58,894 nt of DNA from a virus (Duplodnaviria > Caudoviricetes). The notes beneath the pieces are model-generated. The model was given only the letters and a program-made list of their open reading frames with translations, was not told where the DNA came from and made no database searches. The stretch covers positions 1-58,894 of the IMG/VR virus record IMGVR_UViG_3300042332_001561. One strand, 5' to 3'. The position numbers were made by a program, and so were the translations under genes. Position 1 is the first letter of the stretch. Each line of letters opens with the position of its first letter. Shown piece after piece: positions 12,789 to 21,973 of the stretch.

Positions 12789-12817
12789 ATTATACATTTT
12801 TTTGTTATTTTAATCAA
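12789..12817 (-). promoter_or_regulatory. Sigma70-like promoter TTGATT-N17-TATAAT
   Basis: Perfect -10, 4/6 -35 and 17-nt spacer in the intergenic gap, 33 nt upstream of the ATG at 12755. Confidence 0.55.
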
Positions 12818-12820
12818 CTA

Positions 12821-13807
12821 TTAATTTTGTTGATTTGTACTTGTTGTCTGTGTTGTTACATCTGCTTTTGCAGTTTCATATTCAGAAGTTACCGTAGTCT
12901 TTATATTTTTAATAAAACCAAGGTCTGCTTCTGTCATATAGAAATCTCTAGCCATAAACTGATAATTCTCTGCTAATGGCTGACCACCTGGTCCATACAT
13001 TGTAGCCATAGAAATTAAATTTACTTCTTGCACAACTACCTTCATAGGACTTGCTATGTTATCTATTCTAACTAGTCTTTCATTCGTATCGGCCATCAGC
13101 ATTCTGTCTATATTATCAACTTCCCTATCATCTATAGAGGAAGAGTAATTCATGGGGGTTAAAGACGCTTCTTGTGCACCATATAGTATAATAAAATTAA
13201 ATGGTGGGTGTGCACTGAATATATTGTGCCCAGAATCTTTTACATTTTTTGCGAATGCAGTATCAGTGGTTACTCTGTCTAATTGGCTTTGAGCCCAATA
13301 CTTCTGTACATTTTTTTCATCATCTTCTACTGTTATAGTATTTTGATTTTGTCCAGAGTTTTGAACAGAACTTGGCCTAAGGGTTGAAATGACATTATTT
13401 ACTTGCGCTTTTGGAGAAGGACTTTCTGATCTAACTCTGGCAGCTTCTTCTAATAGGTCTGTCATTCTTCTTGGATATCTTGTATATACAGTAAACTCAC
13501 CAGTAATTAATCTTGTGCCGTACAGCATTGCGTCATAGTTATAGGACCAAAAACCATATAATGGTTGCTTTTCTTGTTTAATAGAATATGCAAATGATGC
13601 TATATCTAATTCATGCTTTGGTTCGAATAAACCATCTATATATATTTTTACATCTTCACCAGAAAAATAATAGTCATAATAATTATTAAATCTATTATCT
13701 CTATCACTTTTTTGTGAGCCACCAGACCAAATTTTATCTAATGAATCAGACAGTGGATCAAACGCCCTGCTATTGGGCCAGCTATTTTGATTAACTGAAT
13801 ATGACAT
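12821..13807 (-). CDS. Tail-tube-like / baseplate hub protein (paralog 3)
   Basis: YFSGEDVKI...KQEKQPLYGF...GTRLITGEFTV parallels TFSGADIVA...TREKAPIYTM...GKRGIAGSLIF of the tube gene. Confidence 0.55.
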   Translation of the reverse strand: MSYSVNQNSWPNSRAFDPLSDSLDKIWSGGSQKSDRDNRFNNYYDYYFSGEDVKIYIDGLFEPKHELDIASFAYSIKQEKQPLYGFWSYNYDAMLYGTRLITGEFTVYTRYPRRMTDLLEEAARVRSESPSPKAQVNNVISTLRPSSVQNSGQNQNTITVEDDEKNVQKYWAQSQLDRVTTDTAFAKNVKDSGHNIFSAHPPFNFIILYGAQEASLTPMNYSSSIDDREVDNIDRMLMADTNERLVRIDNIASPMKVVVQEVNLISMATMYGPGGQPLAENYQFMARDFYMTEADLGFIKNIKTTVTSEYETAKADVTTQTTSTNQQN

Positions 13808-13813
13808 ATTTAT

Positions 13814-14524
13814 TTATGCTCCGTATACATCGTCTACAAAATTGTTATATAAAGTAGATATTTGTCCTTCTGCGCTATCGCCAAATATATTTTTATTTGT
13901 TTGATCAACAATTCTTTGAAATTCTTGTGTAGCGCTAGTTTTTTCTTTATCGCCTACAACATGAACCATGGGCTGAATTCCTCTAGCCATATAACTATAT
14001 GTTTGTTCAGTTATAAGGTCATCTATAGACATCGTTTGACCTTCATCTATAATAGTAATCCCAAAAATTTTCATTTTTGAAGAAACACCATATTCGTTAA
14101 AAAATGTAAATACCAAATCAAATGGAGGCAACATGTCTGCCAAAGGAGCAAAGAAACCATTTTGATCAGCTAAATAATTTTTATATTGTTTAATTTGATA
14201 GAATGCATATTCGTTAAATACTGTAAAGATTAATGAACCAGCGATAGTTCTCCCACCTCTAACAAAACCTCTAACGTTAGAATGGCCTATTGTTCTGATT
14301 GGAGTGTTTTCTCTGTGTATAGAATATGAAACTGTTTGTAAGCTTCCTAATTCTATCACATCTCCATCGCTCTGTATTTTCCCATCTCTACCTATTACTG
14401 GTATTATCATGGTAGCTACAATGTCTGCTCCAGAATAAGATATATTACTTAGAAGTGGATTAGTAGAATCAGAGTCATTTTTTAGATTAGCTGTTGATAT
14501 TTTTTGAGAATTGATAACCGGCAT
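13814..14524 (-). CDS. Tail-tube-like protein (paralog 2)
   Basis: Shares SYSGADIVAT, GGRTIAGSLIFTVF, ADMLPPFD, FFNEYG and MSIDD..EQTYSYMAR with 14601..15275. Confidence 0.65.
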   Translation of the reverse strand: MPVINSQKISTANLKNDSDSTNPLLSNISYSGADIVATMIIPVIGRDGKIQSDGDVIELGSLQTVSYSIHRENTPIRTIGHSNVRGFVRGGRTIAGSLIFTVFNEYAFYQIKQYKNYLADQNGFFAPLADMLPPFDLVFTFFNEYGVSSKMKIFGITIIDEGQTMSIDDLITEQTYSYMARGIQPMVHVVGDKEKTSATQEFQRIVDQTNKNIFGDSAEGQISTLYNNFVDDVYGA

Positions 14525-14542
14525 TTTTGCTCCTGTAAATAA

Positions 14543-14579
14543 TAATGGTGCACGAAGAACTAGCCCCCGTGCACCATTA
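14543..14579 (-). terminator. Intrinsic terminator after the tail tube gene
   Basis: 12-bp perfect inverted repeat TAATGGTGCACG...CGTGCACCATTA followed by TTATTT on the minus strand. Confidence 0.7.
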
Positions 14580-14600
14580 CCAAAATTAGTTAATTTATAA

Positions 14601-15275
14601 TTATGGACGAATTATTTCAGTGTTCAAACCATTTCTGGCTGGATCAGAAAGAGTTGCGTCGTTATTTCTGTCTACCTGAATGGTATACATTGGACCCAAT
14701 TCTCTAGCTACATAGGTCATTGTTTCTTCGATAACAATGTCGTCCATTGAAGCTCCTGAACCTTCGTTTAATAATTCAACTCCATATATTGATCTTGCAG
14801 CTGCGTTTCCGTATTCGTTAACGAAAGTAACTGTAATGTCAAATGGGGGAATTTGGTCTGCGTAGTATGGGGTTTTCTTTACAACGTCTTTTGTCCAACC
14901 AGTTGGGTTATTCGCTGTTGCAAATCCTGGGATACCTCTGCCAGCTGAGTGATCATCACCTGGAAGAGTGTTATGTGCTCTTGTATAAAAGTTCATTGGT
15001 GATTGAGTTGAGTAGTTCTTTTCCAACATTGTATACAAAGCTGGACGATCAAATACTGTAAATATTAATGAACCTGCAATACCACGCTTACCTCTAGAGA
15101 ATGAGCGTGGATTAGGTGAACCCATTGTATAGATTGGGGCTTTTTCTCTGGTTACTGAGAAAGTAATACCAGATAAAGCTCCGATTTCTACACCACCAAA
15201 TGTTGCAACAATGTCAGCACCTGAGAATGTTGTGTAAGTATTAAGATACTTATTAATTGAATTGTTTTCCGCCAT
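14601..15275 (-). CDS. Major tail tube protein
   Basis: 224 aa, directly downstream of the sheath gene, GGAGG SD, followed by a terminator. Confidence 0.7.
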   Translation of the reverse strand: MAENNSINKYLNTYTTFSGADIVATFGGVEIGALSGITFSVTREKAPIYTMGSPNPRSFSRGKRGIAGSLIFTVFDRPALYTMLEKNYSTQSPMNFYTRAHNTLPGDDHSAGRGIPGFATANNPTGWTKDVVKKTPYYADQIPPFDITVTFVNEYGNAAARSIYGVELLNEGSGASMDDIVIEETMTYVARELGPMYTIQVDRNNDATLSDPARNGLNTEIIRP

Positions 15276-15299
15276 TTTTATTACCCTCCGTTCGGTTAA

Positions 15300-16556
15300 T
15301 TATACGTTAATGGCTATCTGCACCTGTATTGACTTGAGTTCAAAAGCAGGTGTTAATATGAGGTCTACAATCGCCTTGTTTTCATTTGGAATATAAGTAA
15401 CATTAAAGTCACTTTCCAACACGGCACCTAGTAATTGCATTCCTCTAAGAGCTGAAGAGATCGCTGTTTCCATTGAGTTTCTCATTTGAACAGTAGATGC
15501 TTCTCCAACAAATTTATTTGTAGCTTGACGAACAAGATTTGCAGCTTCGTCAACTATTCTCTTTGTAGAAAGTCTTAAGAAATCTGAAGTTGCATTTGCG
15601 AATGTAACTCCATCACCGAATACTGCTATCTTATTAAAGTTAAGAACTATTGCATTTACGCCCTTGCCAGCTAAAGTCTCTTGCAAGGTTCTAGTTGGAA
15701 CATAGCGTAAAGATTGAACATTATATGCAGGCTTGTTTGTAATAGCTGAATAAGAAGATAGTCTACTTATTGCTGAAGCTGTCGCACATGCTCCATTGGA
15801 GTAGCCAAAGTCAACTCCATCCTTGGAAACATAACCAGTTGGCTTCATTTCTGCTGCTATAACAACAACGTAAGGACCGTAGTCTTTTATTCCACTGAGT
15901 TCTTTGCTGACCAAGGTGGACATAGCAAGGTGTGTTGATACTTGAGCTGGAGTCATTGACTCGTTAGAAGATGAGTCATATGGAGCAATTCCAAGAACTG
16001 CTATACATGGATGAGTATTCTCCGAAATTTCTTTTACTTTTTCTCCAATTTTTTTAACCCAACTATTATTAAGAGTTGTGCTATTATCTGCATGGAAGCC
16101 AAATGTATCAGTGTTTGGAGTTGCTGTTCCATCCCAGTCAGAAGAGTTTCCGCCTCTTCCCCAAGGTACGATAATGTCAGGAAGAACTGACTCTGCAGCT
16201 GCAAAGGCTGCAGACAAAAGTTCTGCTGAACTCTCACCATAACTATCGCTAGATATTGTTCCTGCTGTATCACTAAATTCAGTGTCAGCTGGAAGTGGAA
16301 CTAAAAATATTCTTTGTGCTCCTGAAGCTACTAGCTCCAAGAAAGCTTTGTGTAAATCGCTAGCCTCACCAAAGACATCTATGACGTCTTTTTCTGTGGT
16401 AGCTTGAACTATGTCAAGATCTTGAACTCTACTAGAATCAGTAGCTGTTTCGCCTCTCTTGGCTATAGCTACGATTTTAGGACCCGTTGGGGTTTCTTGA
16501 CGAGAAATGCTGTAAAAGCGATCTCTAATTAGGGTTGTTACGCCAGGTATAGCCAT
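15300..16556 (-). CDS. Tail sheath protein (likely start MAIPG at 16556)
   Basis: PGVTTLIRD N-terminus and sheath-like C-terminal domain (RLSTKRIVD...FVGE...VDLILTPAFELKSI). GGAGG SD precedes the ATG at 16556. Confidence 0.75.
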   Translation of the reverse strand: MAIPGVTTLIRDRFYSISRQETPTGPKIVAIAKRGETATDSSRVQDLDIVQATTEKDVIDVFGEASDLHKAFLELVASGAQRIFLVPLPADTEFSDTAGTISSDSYGESSAELLSAAFAAAESVLPDIIVPWGRGGNSSDWDGTATPNTDTFGFHADNSTTLNNSWVKKIGEKVKEISENTHPCIAVLGIAPYDSSSNESMTPAQVSTHLAMSTLVSKELSGIKDYGPYVVVIAAEMKPTGYVSKDGVDFGYSNGACATASAISRLSSYSAITNKPAYNVQSLRYVPTRTLQETLAGKGVNAIVLNFNKIAVFGDGVTFANATSDFLRLSTKRIVDEAANLVRQATNKFVGEASTVQMRNSMETAISSALRGMQLLGAVLESDFNVTYIPNENKAIVDLILTPAFELKSIQVQIAINV

Positions 16557-16603
16557 CTTATCTTTGAACCTCCGACTAAGCGTTTGTTGGTTAATCTCAT
16601 CTA

Positions 16604-16610
16604 ATAGTAA
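16604..16610 (-). promoter_or_regulatory. TTACTAT late-promoter-like motif upstream of the sheath gene
   Basis: The same heptamer recurs in most larger intergenic gaps of the minus-strand region. Confidence 0.5.
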
Positions 16611-16670
16611 CAAGCAAGTTATAAAAATAACGACGATACGATTATTAGCTGTTAATATTTATATGATTAT

Positions 16671-17477
16671 TTATGTATTGGGGGTGGCTGTCTGCTCTAA
16701 ATCTATGATATTTACTTCTATATTTTCATAGTTTGGAGTTGCCTGCTGAAGTAGCTCTTGTTCCACAGCCATATATGTTCTAATGTCTAGTGCAATTCTT
16801 TCTATTGACTCAATATCTGCACCATAAAGCTTTTCAGTAGTTAGCATGTAGGTTACTGTTCTTTTATGAACATCTGAAGATTGCCTATTTACTTCTCCAT
16901 CTGAAAGCCTTCTGGCATAGACTAGCTCTGCGGCTCCTATTCTTTTGAATATAGGAGTATATTCGAGCATGAAATCCTCAAATGACTCAATTAAAGATTC
17001 AACGACATAGGCATTGTCGTGATCATTATCTACTGTTTCTGTATTGCCGTCATATCTCTTGCCAACCGGTGAAACAGCACTGAAAGAAACAACATTTTGA
17101 AACCTCTGTCCATATATGGATACCTTATCTTTTGGATAAGAATATCTCATTCTTGGCTTTGGCTCTATTGAGTGAGCTTTTCTTAATTCTAAACTATAAG
17201 TTATAATAGCATCTGTGGGTTCCCATGCTCCGACAACTTCATCAGTAACAGGGTCGGTAGCTGCTTTGTTATACCATGTAAATGCATGATCTGAACTTGT
17301 TGAAGGCTTAATGGGGTACATTGGAAAAGACTCTTCCCAAAGTGCTTTTACTGCAGCTATGAATTCTAAATAACTTAGATTACCTTCTGCCTGTAATGGT
17401 TCTCCAAATTTTACCTTAGAGTAAGATTTAATTATACCAAAAGCAGGGAACCCTCTTTGCCAACGCCATTGACTCAT
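16671..17477 (-). CDS. Putative tail completion/terminator-type virion protein
   Basis: 268 aa ORF immediately upstream of the sheath gene; function from position only. Confidence 0.45.
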   Translation of the reverse strand: MSQWRWQRGFPAFGIIKSYSKVKFGEPLQAEGNLSYLEFIAAVKALWEESFPMYPIKPSTSSDHAFTWYNKAATDPVTDEVVGAWEPTDAIITYSLELRKAHSIEPKPRMRYSYPKDKVSIYGQRFQNVVSFSAVSPVGKRYDGNTETVDNDHDNAYVVESLIESFEDFMLEYTPIFKRIGAAELVYARRLSDGEVNRQSSDVHKRTVTYMLTTEKLYGADIESIERIALDIRTYMAVEQELLQQATPNYENIEVNIIDLEQTATPNT

Positions 17478-17478
17478 A

Positions 17479-19074
17479 TTAAACTCCCGGACCAGCTGAT
17501 AAAGATAGGCTTATTTTTTTCAAGCCCAACGATGATATTACATTAATATATAACATTATTACACCTTTTTCTGTTTTTGAAGGAACAGCTTTAAACTCAA
17601 AATCAGATATAATTTGATTATTCTTTAAGTATAATAGCATATTGCTGACTTCTGAAGATACTTGGTCATAGCTAAATTTGCCTATAGATTTGTAGCTTGA
17701 ATTCTTAACCTCACTTGACAATAGAGATGCTAGTCTGACCTGTGGAAGTTTGCTAAAAACAGAATTTAAATTTGCCATTGTATAATCGTTTGAAACATAA
17801 ACCTCAAAAGGATTTCCTCTTCTAGCTTTATTGCCTTTATAGATGGTATTAATTCCCATACTATCTAAGGTATTTATCTCGGCATTTGTTAGCTCAGCTC
17901 CAAAAAGCGCCATTGCTCCTGGTATTTTTTTTCTAGTTAAACCTATATTAATTTGTGTTGAAGAGATCATCCCAGCAAATGCAGCTGCTACTGAACTGGT
18001 ATAAGTTGTTTGAAAAAAACTATGAGAGAAAGTTGCTTCCCCATAAATAGGGATAATATATCTTCCTTTGTCTGAAGAAATTTGACCACTATAATCATAA
18101 GTTGTAAATTTATCTTTTAATATACTATTTGATTTTATTATTTCAATATCAGATGAATTTGTACCATTAGTTTTTGATCCTATTATTCCGATTTGAACAT
18201 ATCCTGTTTCGTTATGAAAATTACTACAATAATTAGCTAATTGAGATGTAAAATCAACAGAGCCGGTTCTTATAAATGATGTTTCTAGCGGCACTACAAT
18301 ATCTATGAAATCTAAAACCTTTATAACAGAATACGTTTCCTCAAGTCTTTCGTAATACTTTTCATAAAAAGTTTGATATGAAGGAGTGGCCTGATCAATA
18401 TTAAAGTAATTATACTCAGTTCCTCTTTCTTCTATATCTGAAACATATTCTGACATTGGTGCTGCAGCACATATAAATATATCTCTAGCGCCAGCGTCAT
18501 AAGCATCTAAAACACCCCTTAACAAAGGGCTTTTTGTGTTTGCTCCGAGTATGTCTATTGCATTCTGTACTGATTTTAATTTAATTGGGTTATTTAGTTG
18601 CATTCCGTCTGCATGGCCAATTAATAGTATTGAATTTGTATTTGACGAAGAGAGATCTTGATATGTTGGTCGATAGGATACTACACTGGATCTATTGCCT
18701 ATTGGAACTGTTGGGTTTGGTTCATATATTGAATCTTTGACTTGAAAAGATGACTCTATAACTAGCGGTTGACCGGATTTTACAGTCTTTGCTATTACTG
18801 TGTATGGACCAGGAAATATATTAACAGGAACTTTATAGTGAAAAATAAATTCTAAATTATTTGTTTTTTCAATATATGCAGAAGTATCTGGTGTAGCGTG
18901 GGAGTTGTTGTATGAAATTGGATTCAATATAACAGATCCAGATAAACTGTCTCCCCTAACTACACCAATGGTAATATCTTCTGGAATCGTTTGAGTTGTA
19001 GGATCATATACTTCGCCATCAGCAGCAAATAAGAATTTAAATTGAACAGTTTGACCCTTTGAAACCACTAACAT
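17479..19074 (-). CDS. Second sheath-like protein with an N-terminal Ig-like extension (likely start MLVVSKG at 19074)
   Basis: SPLLRGVLDAYDAGARDIFI parallels SDLHKAFLELVASGAQRIFL of the sheath; C-terminal part also sheath-like. Confidence 0.6.
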   Translation of the reverse strand: MLVVSKGQTVQFKFLFAADGEVYDPTTQTIPEDITIGVVRGDSLSGSVILNPISYNNSHATPDTSAYIEKTNNLEFIFHYKVPVNIFPGPYTVIAKTVKSGQPLVIESSFQVKDSIYEPNPTVPIGNRSSVVSYRPTYQDLSSSNTNSILLIGHADGMQLNNPIKLKSVQNAIDILGANTKSPLLRGVLDAYDAGARDIFICAAAPMSEYVSDIEERGTEYNYFNIDQATPSYQTFYEKYYERLEETYSVIKVLDFIDIVVPLETSFIRTGSVDFTSQLANYCSNFHNETGYVQIGIIGSKTNGTNSSDIEIIKSNSILKDKFTTYDYSGQISSDKGRYIIPIYGEATFSHSFFQTTYTSSVAAAFAGMISSTQINIGLTRKKIPGAMALFGAELTNAEINTLDSMGINTIYKGNKARRGNPFEVYVSNDYTMANLNSVFSKLPQVRLASLLSSEVKNSSYKSIGKFSYDQVSSEVSNMLLYLKNNQIISDFEFKAVPSKTEKGVIMLYINVISSLGLKKISLSLSAGPGV

Positions 19075-19075
19075 A

Positions 19076-19450
19076 TTAAACCTGTTTATCTCTTGTTGCG
19101 CCAACGGTCCAGAAAGTTATCTTACCCATTCTACCTCTCATGGGAGATGCTGTATCTATTACATAGATAGTTTGTCTTCCGTGGGCATTGGGTAGTTGTT
19201 CGTATACTCTATCCCCCTCTTGAGGATTAACTTCTGCCTCAAAATAGTATACAATATCAGAGTTAATGATTATTCCTTCATCTTCTTCCTGTTTAGATTG
19301 AGAGTTAACTTTACCATTAGGAAAAACGCTTCTTGTGGTTACTCTCTCTAAAGAATCTGAATAATTTCCATTAAACAATTTTCTTTGGATATAAACATCA
19401 TAACCCCATTCTTGAAGAATCTTTTTAAAGGTTTTATCAAGACTAATCAT
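19076..19450 (-). CDS. Putative head-tail joining protein
   Basis: 124 aa beta-rich ORF (PQEGDRVYE) between neck and tail genes; call from position and size. Confidence 0.45.
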   Translation of the reverse strand: MISLDKTFKKILQEWGYDVYIQRKLFNGNYSDSLERVTTRSVFPNGKVNSQSKQEEDEGIIINSDIVYYFEAEVNPQEGDRVYEQLPNAHGRQTIYVIDTASPMRGRMGKITFWTVGATRDKQV

Positions 19451-20333
19451 AGCTTCTTAGACCCCTCTTGGGCATTGGGTCTTCATCTCTTAGGACTTTT
19501 TCTCCTGGACCGTATAGATCTCTATCTCCAAGATAAATTGTCTTTCCTGTTTGTGGATCGTAATTTCTTGGTTTTTGAGATGTAGATATAGGAAGACCTT
19601 TTGGCTGGAAACCTTTTGGACCAACTTTTCCAGCTAAAATTTCTTTTCTTAGAGCAGCAGCTATCTGACACCATGTAGTTGCATTGCCTCTGGTAATTTG
19701 GGTTCTAGGAAGCGATCTAGATGAGACTGTTAAATCGCCCAATTGAATAGACATTTCATCGTCTCCGCCATAATTGTATGTTCTACTTAGTTCACATGCT
19801 GTGGCTGCTTTTATGTATTCTAAAACATTAAAGCCTAAATCAGAGCCTGTAATCTCATCTCCATATGAATACATTTGTTTTATTTCTAGGGAAAAACCAT
19901 GTATAATTTCGCCTATTTCCATCAATGATGCTTCAGGAAAGTAAGCTTTTAATTCTTCTGGATTTAAATATAACGGTTCAACATCTGGGGCAAAAGTTAT
20001 GACCTCTTCATGTCTGAGTGTTATTAGTGGTCTATATTCATCTGTTGGAGTGCTAACGTATAGTTGTTGATTAACAGTTATGTAACTGTTGTCCTCCATT
20101 GTTCCAACAAAGGTAACCTTATATTCTCCAGCTTCAGTGGGGGTAAAATCATAATAATATTCAGAATCTGTCAACTGTGTTGCTGTCTGAGAAACGATTT
20201 CAGAGTTGTCAGAATCATAAACTTTTACAACAACATATGTGGGGGTAGCTTCTACTTGCTGACCCTGTGCATTAATGTCTATAAATTTAACTTTAATTCT
20301 TACAGTATTATTTACTAATACATCATTGATCAT
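19443..20333 (-). CDS. Putative neck/adaptor protein with an N-terminal Ig-like domain
   Basis: 296 aa; YYYDFTPTEAGEYKVTF Ig-like strand pattern; GGAG SD. Confidence 0.45.
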   Translation of the reverse strand: MINDVLVNNTVRIKVKFIDINAQGQQVEATPTYVVVKVYDSDNSEIVSQTATQLTDSEYYYDFTPTEAGEYKVTFVGTMEDNSYITVNQQLYVSTPTDEYRPLITLRHEEVITFAPDVEPLYLNPEELKAYFPEASLMEIGEIIHGFSLEIKQMYSYGDEITGSDLGFNVLEYIKAATACELSRTYNYGGDDEMSIQLGDLTVSSRSLPRTQITRGNATTWCQIAAALRKEILAGKVGPKGFQPKGLPISTSQKPRNYDPQTGKTIYLGDRDLYGPGEKVLRDEDPMPKRGLRSYD

Positions 20334-20371
20334 TTTTTTTCTCCGTTATTTAGACACTAAAATATTATAAA

Positions 20372-20665
20372 TTATACAAATACTTCAAAAGTAATTTCTG
20401 AACTATCATTTACATATATTGTCTCTGCTTGAGTAATTGCATAGGCTTGCTCAGGAGAAGCCTCTATTGTTATTACGCCAGATTCAGAATATTCTAGACT
20501 TATAGTTCCTATTGTTGTGTAGTTGCTAAAGTCTTCATTTAAGGATATAACTACATTGATATTTTCCAATACCAATGTAGATCCTATTGAGGGTATATTT
20601 AATATTACGGTACCTTGATAGTTAATACCCTGAGCATTATAGCCAATTGTATCATTATAAAGCAT
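20372..20665 (-). CDS. Hypothetical protein (likely start MLYND)
   Basis: Acidic ORF downstream of the TTACTAT motif at 20701. Confidence 0.5.
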   Translation of the reverse strand: MLYNDTIGYNAQGINYQGTVILNIPSIGSTLVLENINVVISLNEDFSNYTTIGTISLEYSESGVITIEASPEQAYAITQAETIYVNDSSEITFEVFV

Positions 20666-20700
20666 TTTGGTACCAAATTTCAAAATAAAATATGTTATCT

Positions 20701-20707
20701 ATAGTAA
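20701..20707 (-). promoter_or_regulatory. TTACTAT late-promoter-like motif
   Basis: Intergenic, ~35 nt upstream of the ATG at 20665. Confidence 0.5.
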
Positions 20708-20720
20708 CATTAATTGTCTT

Positions 20721-21002
20721 TTAAGACCACCAAAAATGTTTTAAAATAGAAAGGCTTGCCAGCATAGCCCAAGCAACATTAAAGAGAATAATTGTTGGAA
20801 GTGTTTTTTCTGTTGATGACCATATTAGTGCCAAGCTAGAGATTATGGCAAATATATACAGCCACCAAAACTGCTGACCTAAAAGTAGACCAGGAAAAAT
20901 AATTGCTATCTTTGTAGCAAAACCCATAGCTTCAACAGTATTAGCTTTTGTCCAATATTCCCCGGAAGACATTGTCTTGACGGCATTAAGGATTCTGTTC
21001 AT
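20721..21002 (-). CDS. Small membrane protein
   Basis: 93 aa with about three hydrophobic segments. Confidence 0.6.
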   Translation of the reverse strand: MNRILNAVKTMSSGEYWTKANTVEAMGFATKIAIIFPGLLLGQQFWWLYIFAIISSLALIWSSTEKTLPTIILFNVAWAMLASLSILKHFWWS

Positions 21003-21186
21003 TCAATTCCTGTCTAGCTTTCTTTTCTAACTGATCGTAGTGCCAGAGTAGTATCATTGATTTACCACCAAGAAAATGCACTTTCCACATAAACTCTTTC
21101 CAATCTTCTTCGGTATTAGGAAAATACTTATTGTCCGTTCTGTTTCGATAATCATCTGCACTAAAGCGATAAATGTCATTAGTCAT
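20986..21186 (-). CDS. Hypothetical protein
   Basis: 66 aa ORF overlapping both neighbours in operon style. Confidence 0.55.
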   Translation of the reverse strand: MTNDIYRFSADDYRNRTDNKYFPNTEEDWKEFMWKVHFLGGKSMILLWHYDQLEKKARQELNEQNP

Positions 21187-21973
21187 TCTTTTTATTTCCC
21201 AAAATAGAATCGACTAGTCGAACAGCTTTTCTGTAGGCAAGTCCTGTTGAATTTTTTGGACCTATACCACCAGTCATGTACATATTGGTTGATGCATACT
21301 TAAAGAATGATTCATCCATAAATTCAATTTCATTAATATCAGAGTCTCTCTTGAATGGAATTATTTGAACTAATGGTGTTTGATACTTTATTGAAAATTC
21401 GGTATTAGTTTTTACGTTCAAAACTATATTAACAACTTGATAGAAATCAGTGTGCACTATTGCAGGAAGTATTGAATAGTCTTGATTCTCCTCATAATTA
21501 ATTGGAAGAATAAGAGAAGACCAACCAGGGGCCGTTTGTATTCTCCATGGAGTAACCAACTTAGGGTATGACATCTTTTCGATTTTTCTACTATCTGTCA
21601 TCGGACACTTACCAGTTTGTGTAAAGGAAAAGTTATTTGCCCACTGAAAGTCAATCGGTGGATTCATGTTGTCTGCTGATATTGTCCAAACACTTTGTTC
21701 TATATTTGGAGCAAAATAAAAATTAGTCCAGGCAGGGATTGTGATTCCTGCACTGAGATAGTCTGAAACGCCCGCACAGGAACGAACAGATCCATGTCCT
21801 TTGTGTATGTGTCTAAACCATTGAGGTAAAGTTTGACCACCATTAACATATGGTGCACTTGCCATAAACCTATTGTCCATTGGGGTAATTCTTACTGAGC
21901 CTGGTTTAACTTTTTTTAGTTTTAATATATTTTTAATTTTCTTCATTTTATATACCAAAGCTTTCATTGGCAA
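21179..21973 (-). CDS. Hypothetical beta-rich protein of a type often found beside phage oxygenases/halogenases
   Basis: Motifs SVRSCAGVSDYLSAGITIPAW, PKLVTPWRIQTAPGWSSL, PLVQIIPFKR. True start may be ~21946. Confidence 0.55.
   Translation of the reverse strand: MPMKALVYKMKKIKNILKLKKVKPGSVRITPMDNRFMASAPYVNGGQTLPQWFRHIHKGHGSVRSCAGVSDYLSAGITIPAWTNFYFAPNIEQSVWTISADNMNPPIDFQWANNFSFTQTGKCPMTDSRKIEKMSYPKLVTPWRIQTAPGWSSLILPINYEENQDYSILPAIVHTDFYQVVNIVLNVKTNTEFSIKYQTPLVQIIPFKRDSDINEIEFMDESFFKYASTNMYMTGGIGPKNSTGLAYRKAVRLVDSILGNKKND

Noticed and set aside
16572-16574. In-frame CGG in the track ORF 15300..16613, an apparent exception to the CGG rule
   Set aside because: It lies in the 5' extension upstream of the likely start (ATG 16556, MAIPG) and overlaps the GGAGG Shine-Dalgarno sequence, so it is probably not translated.
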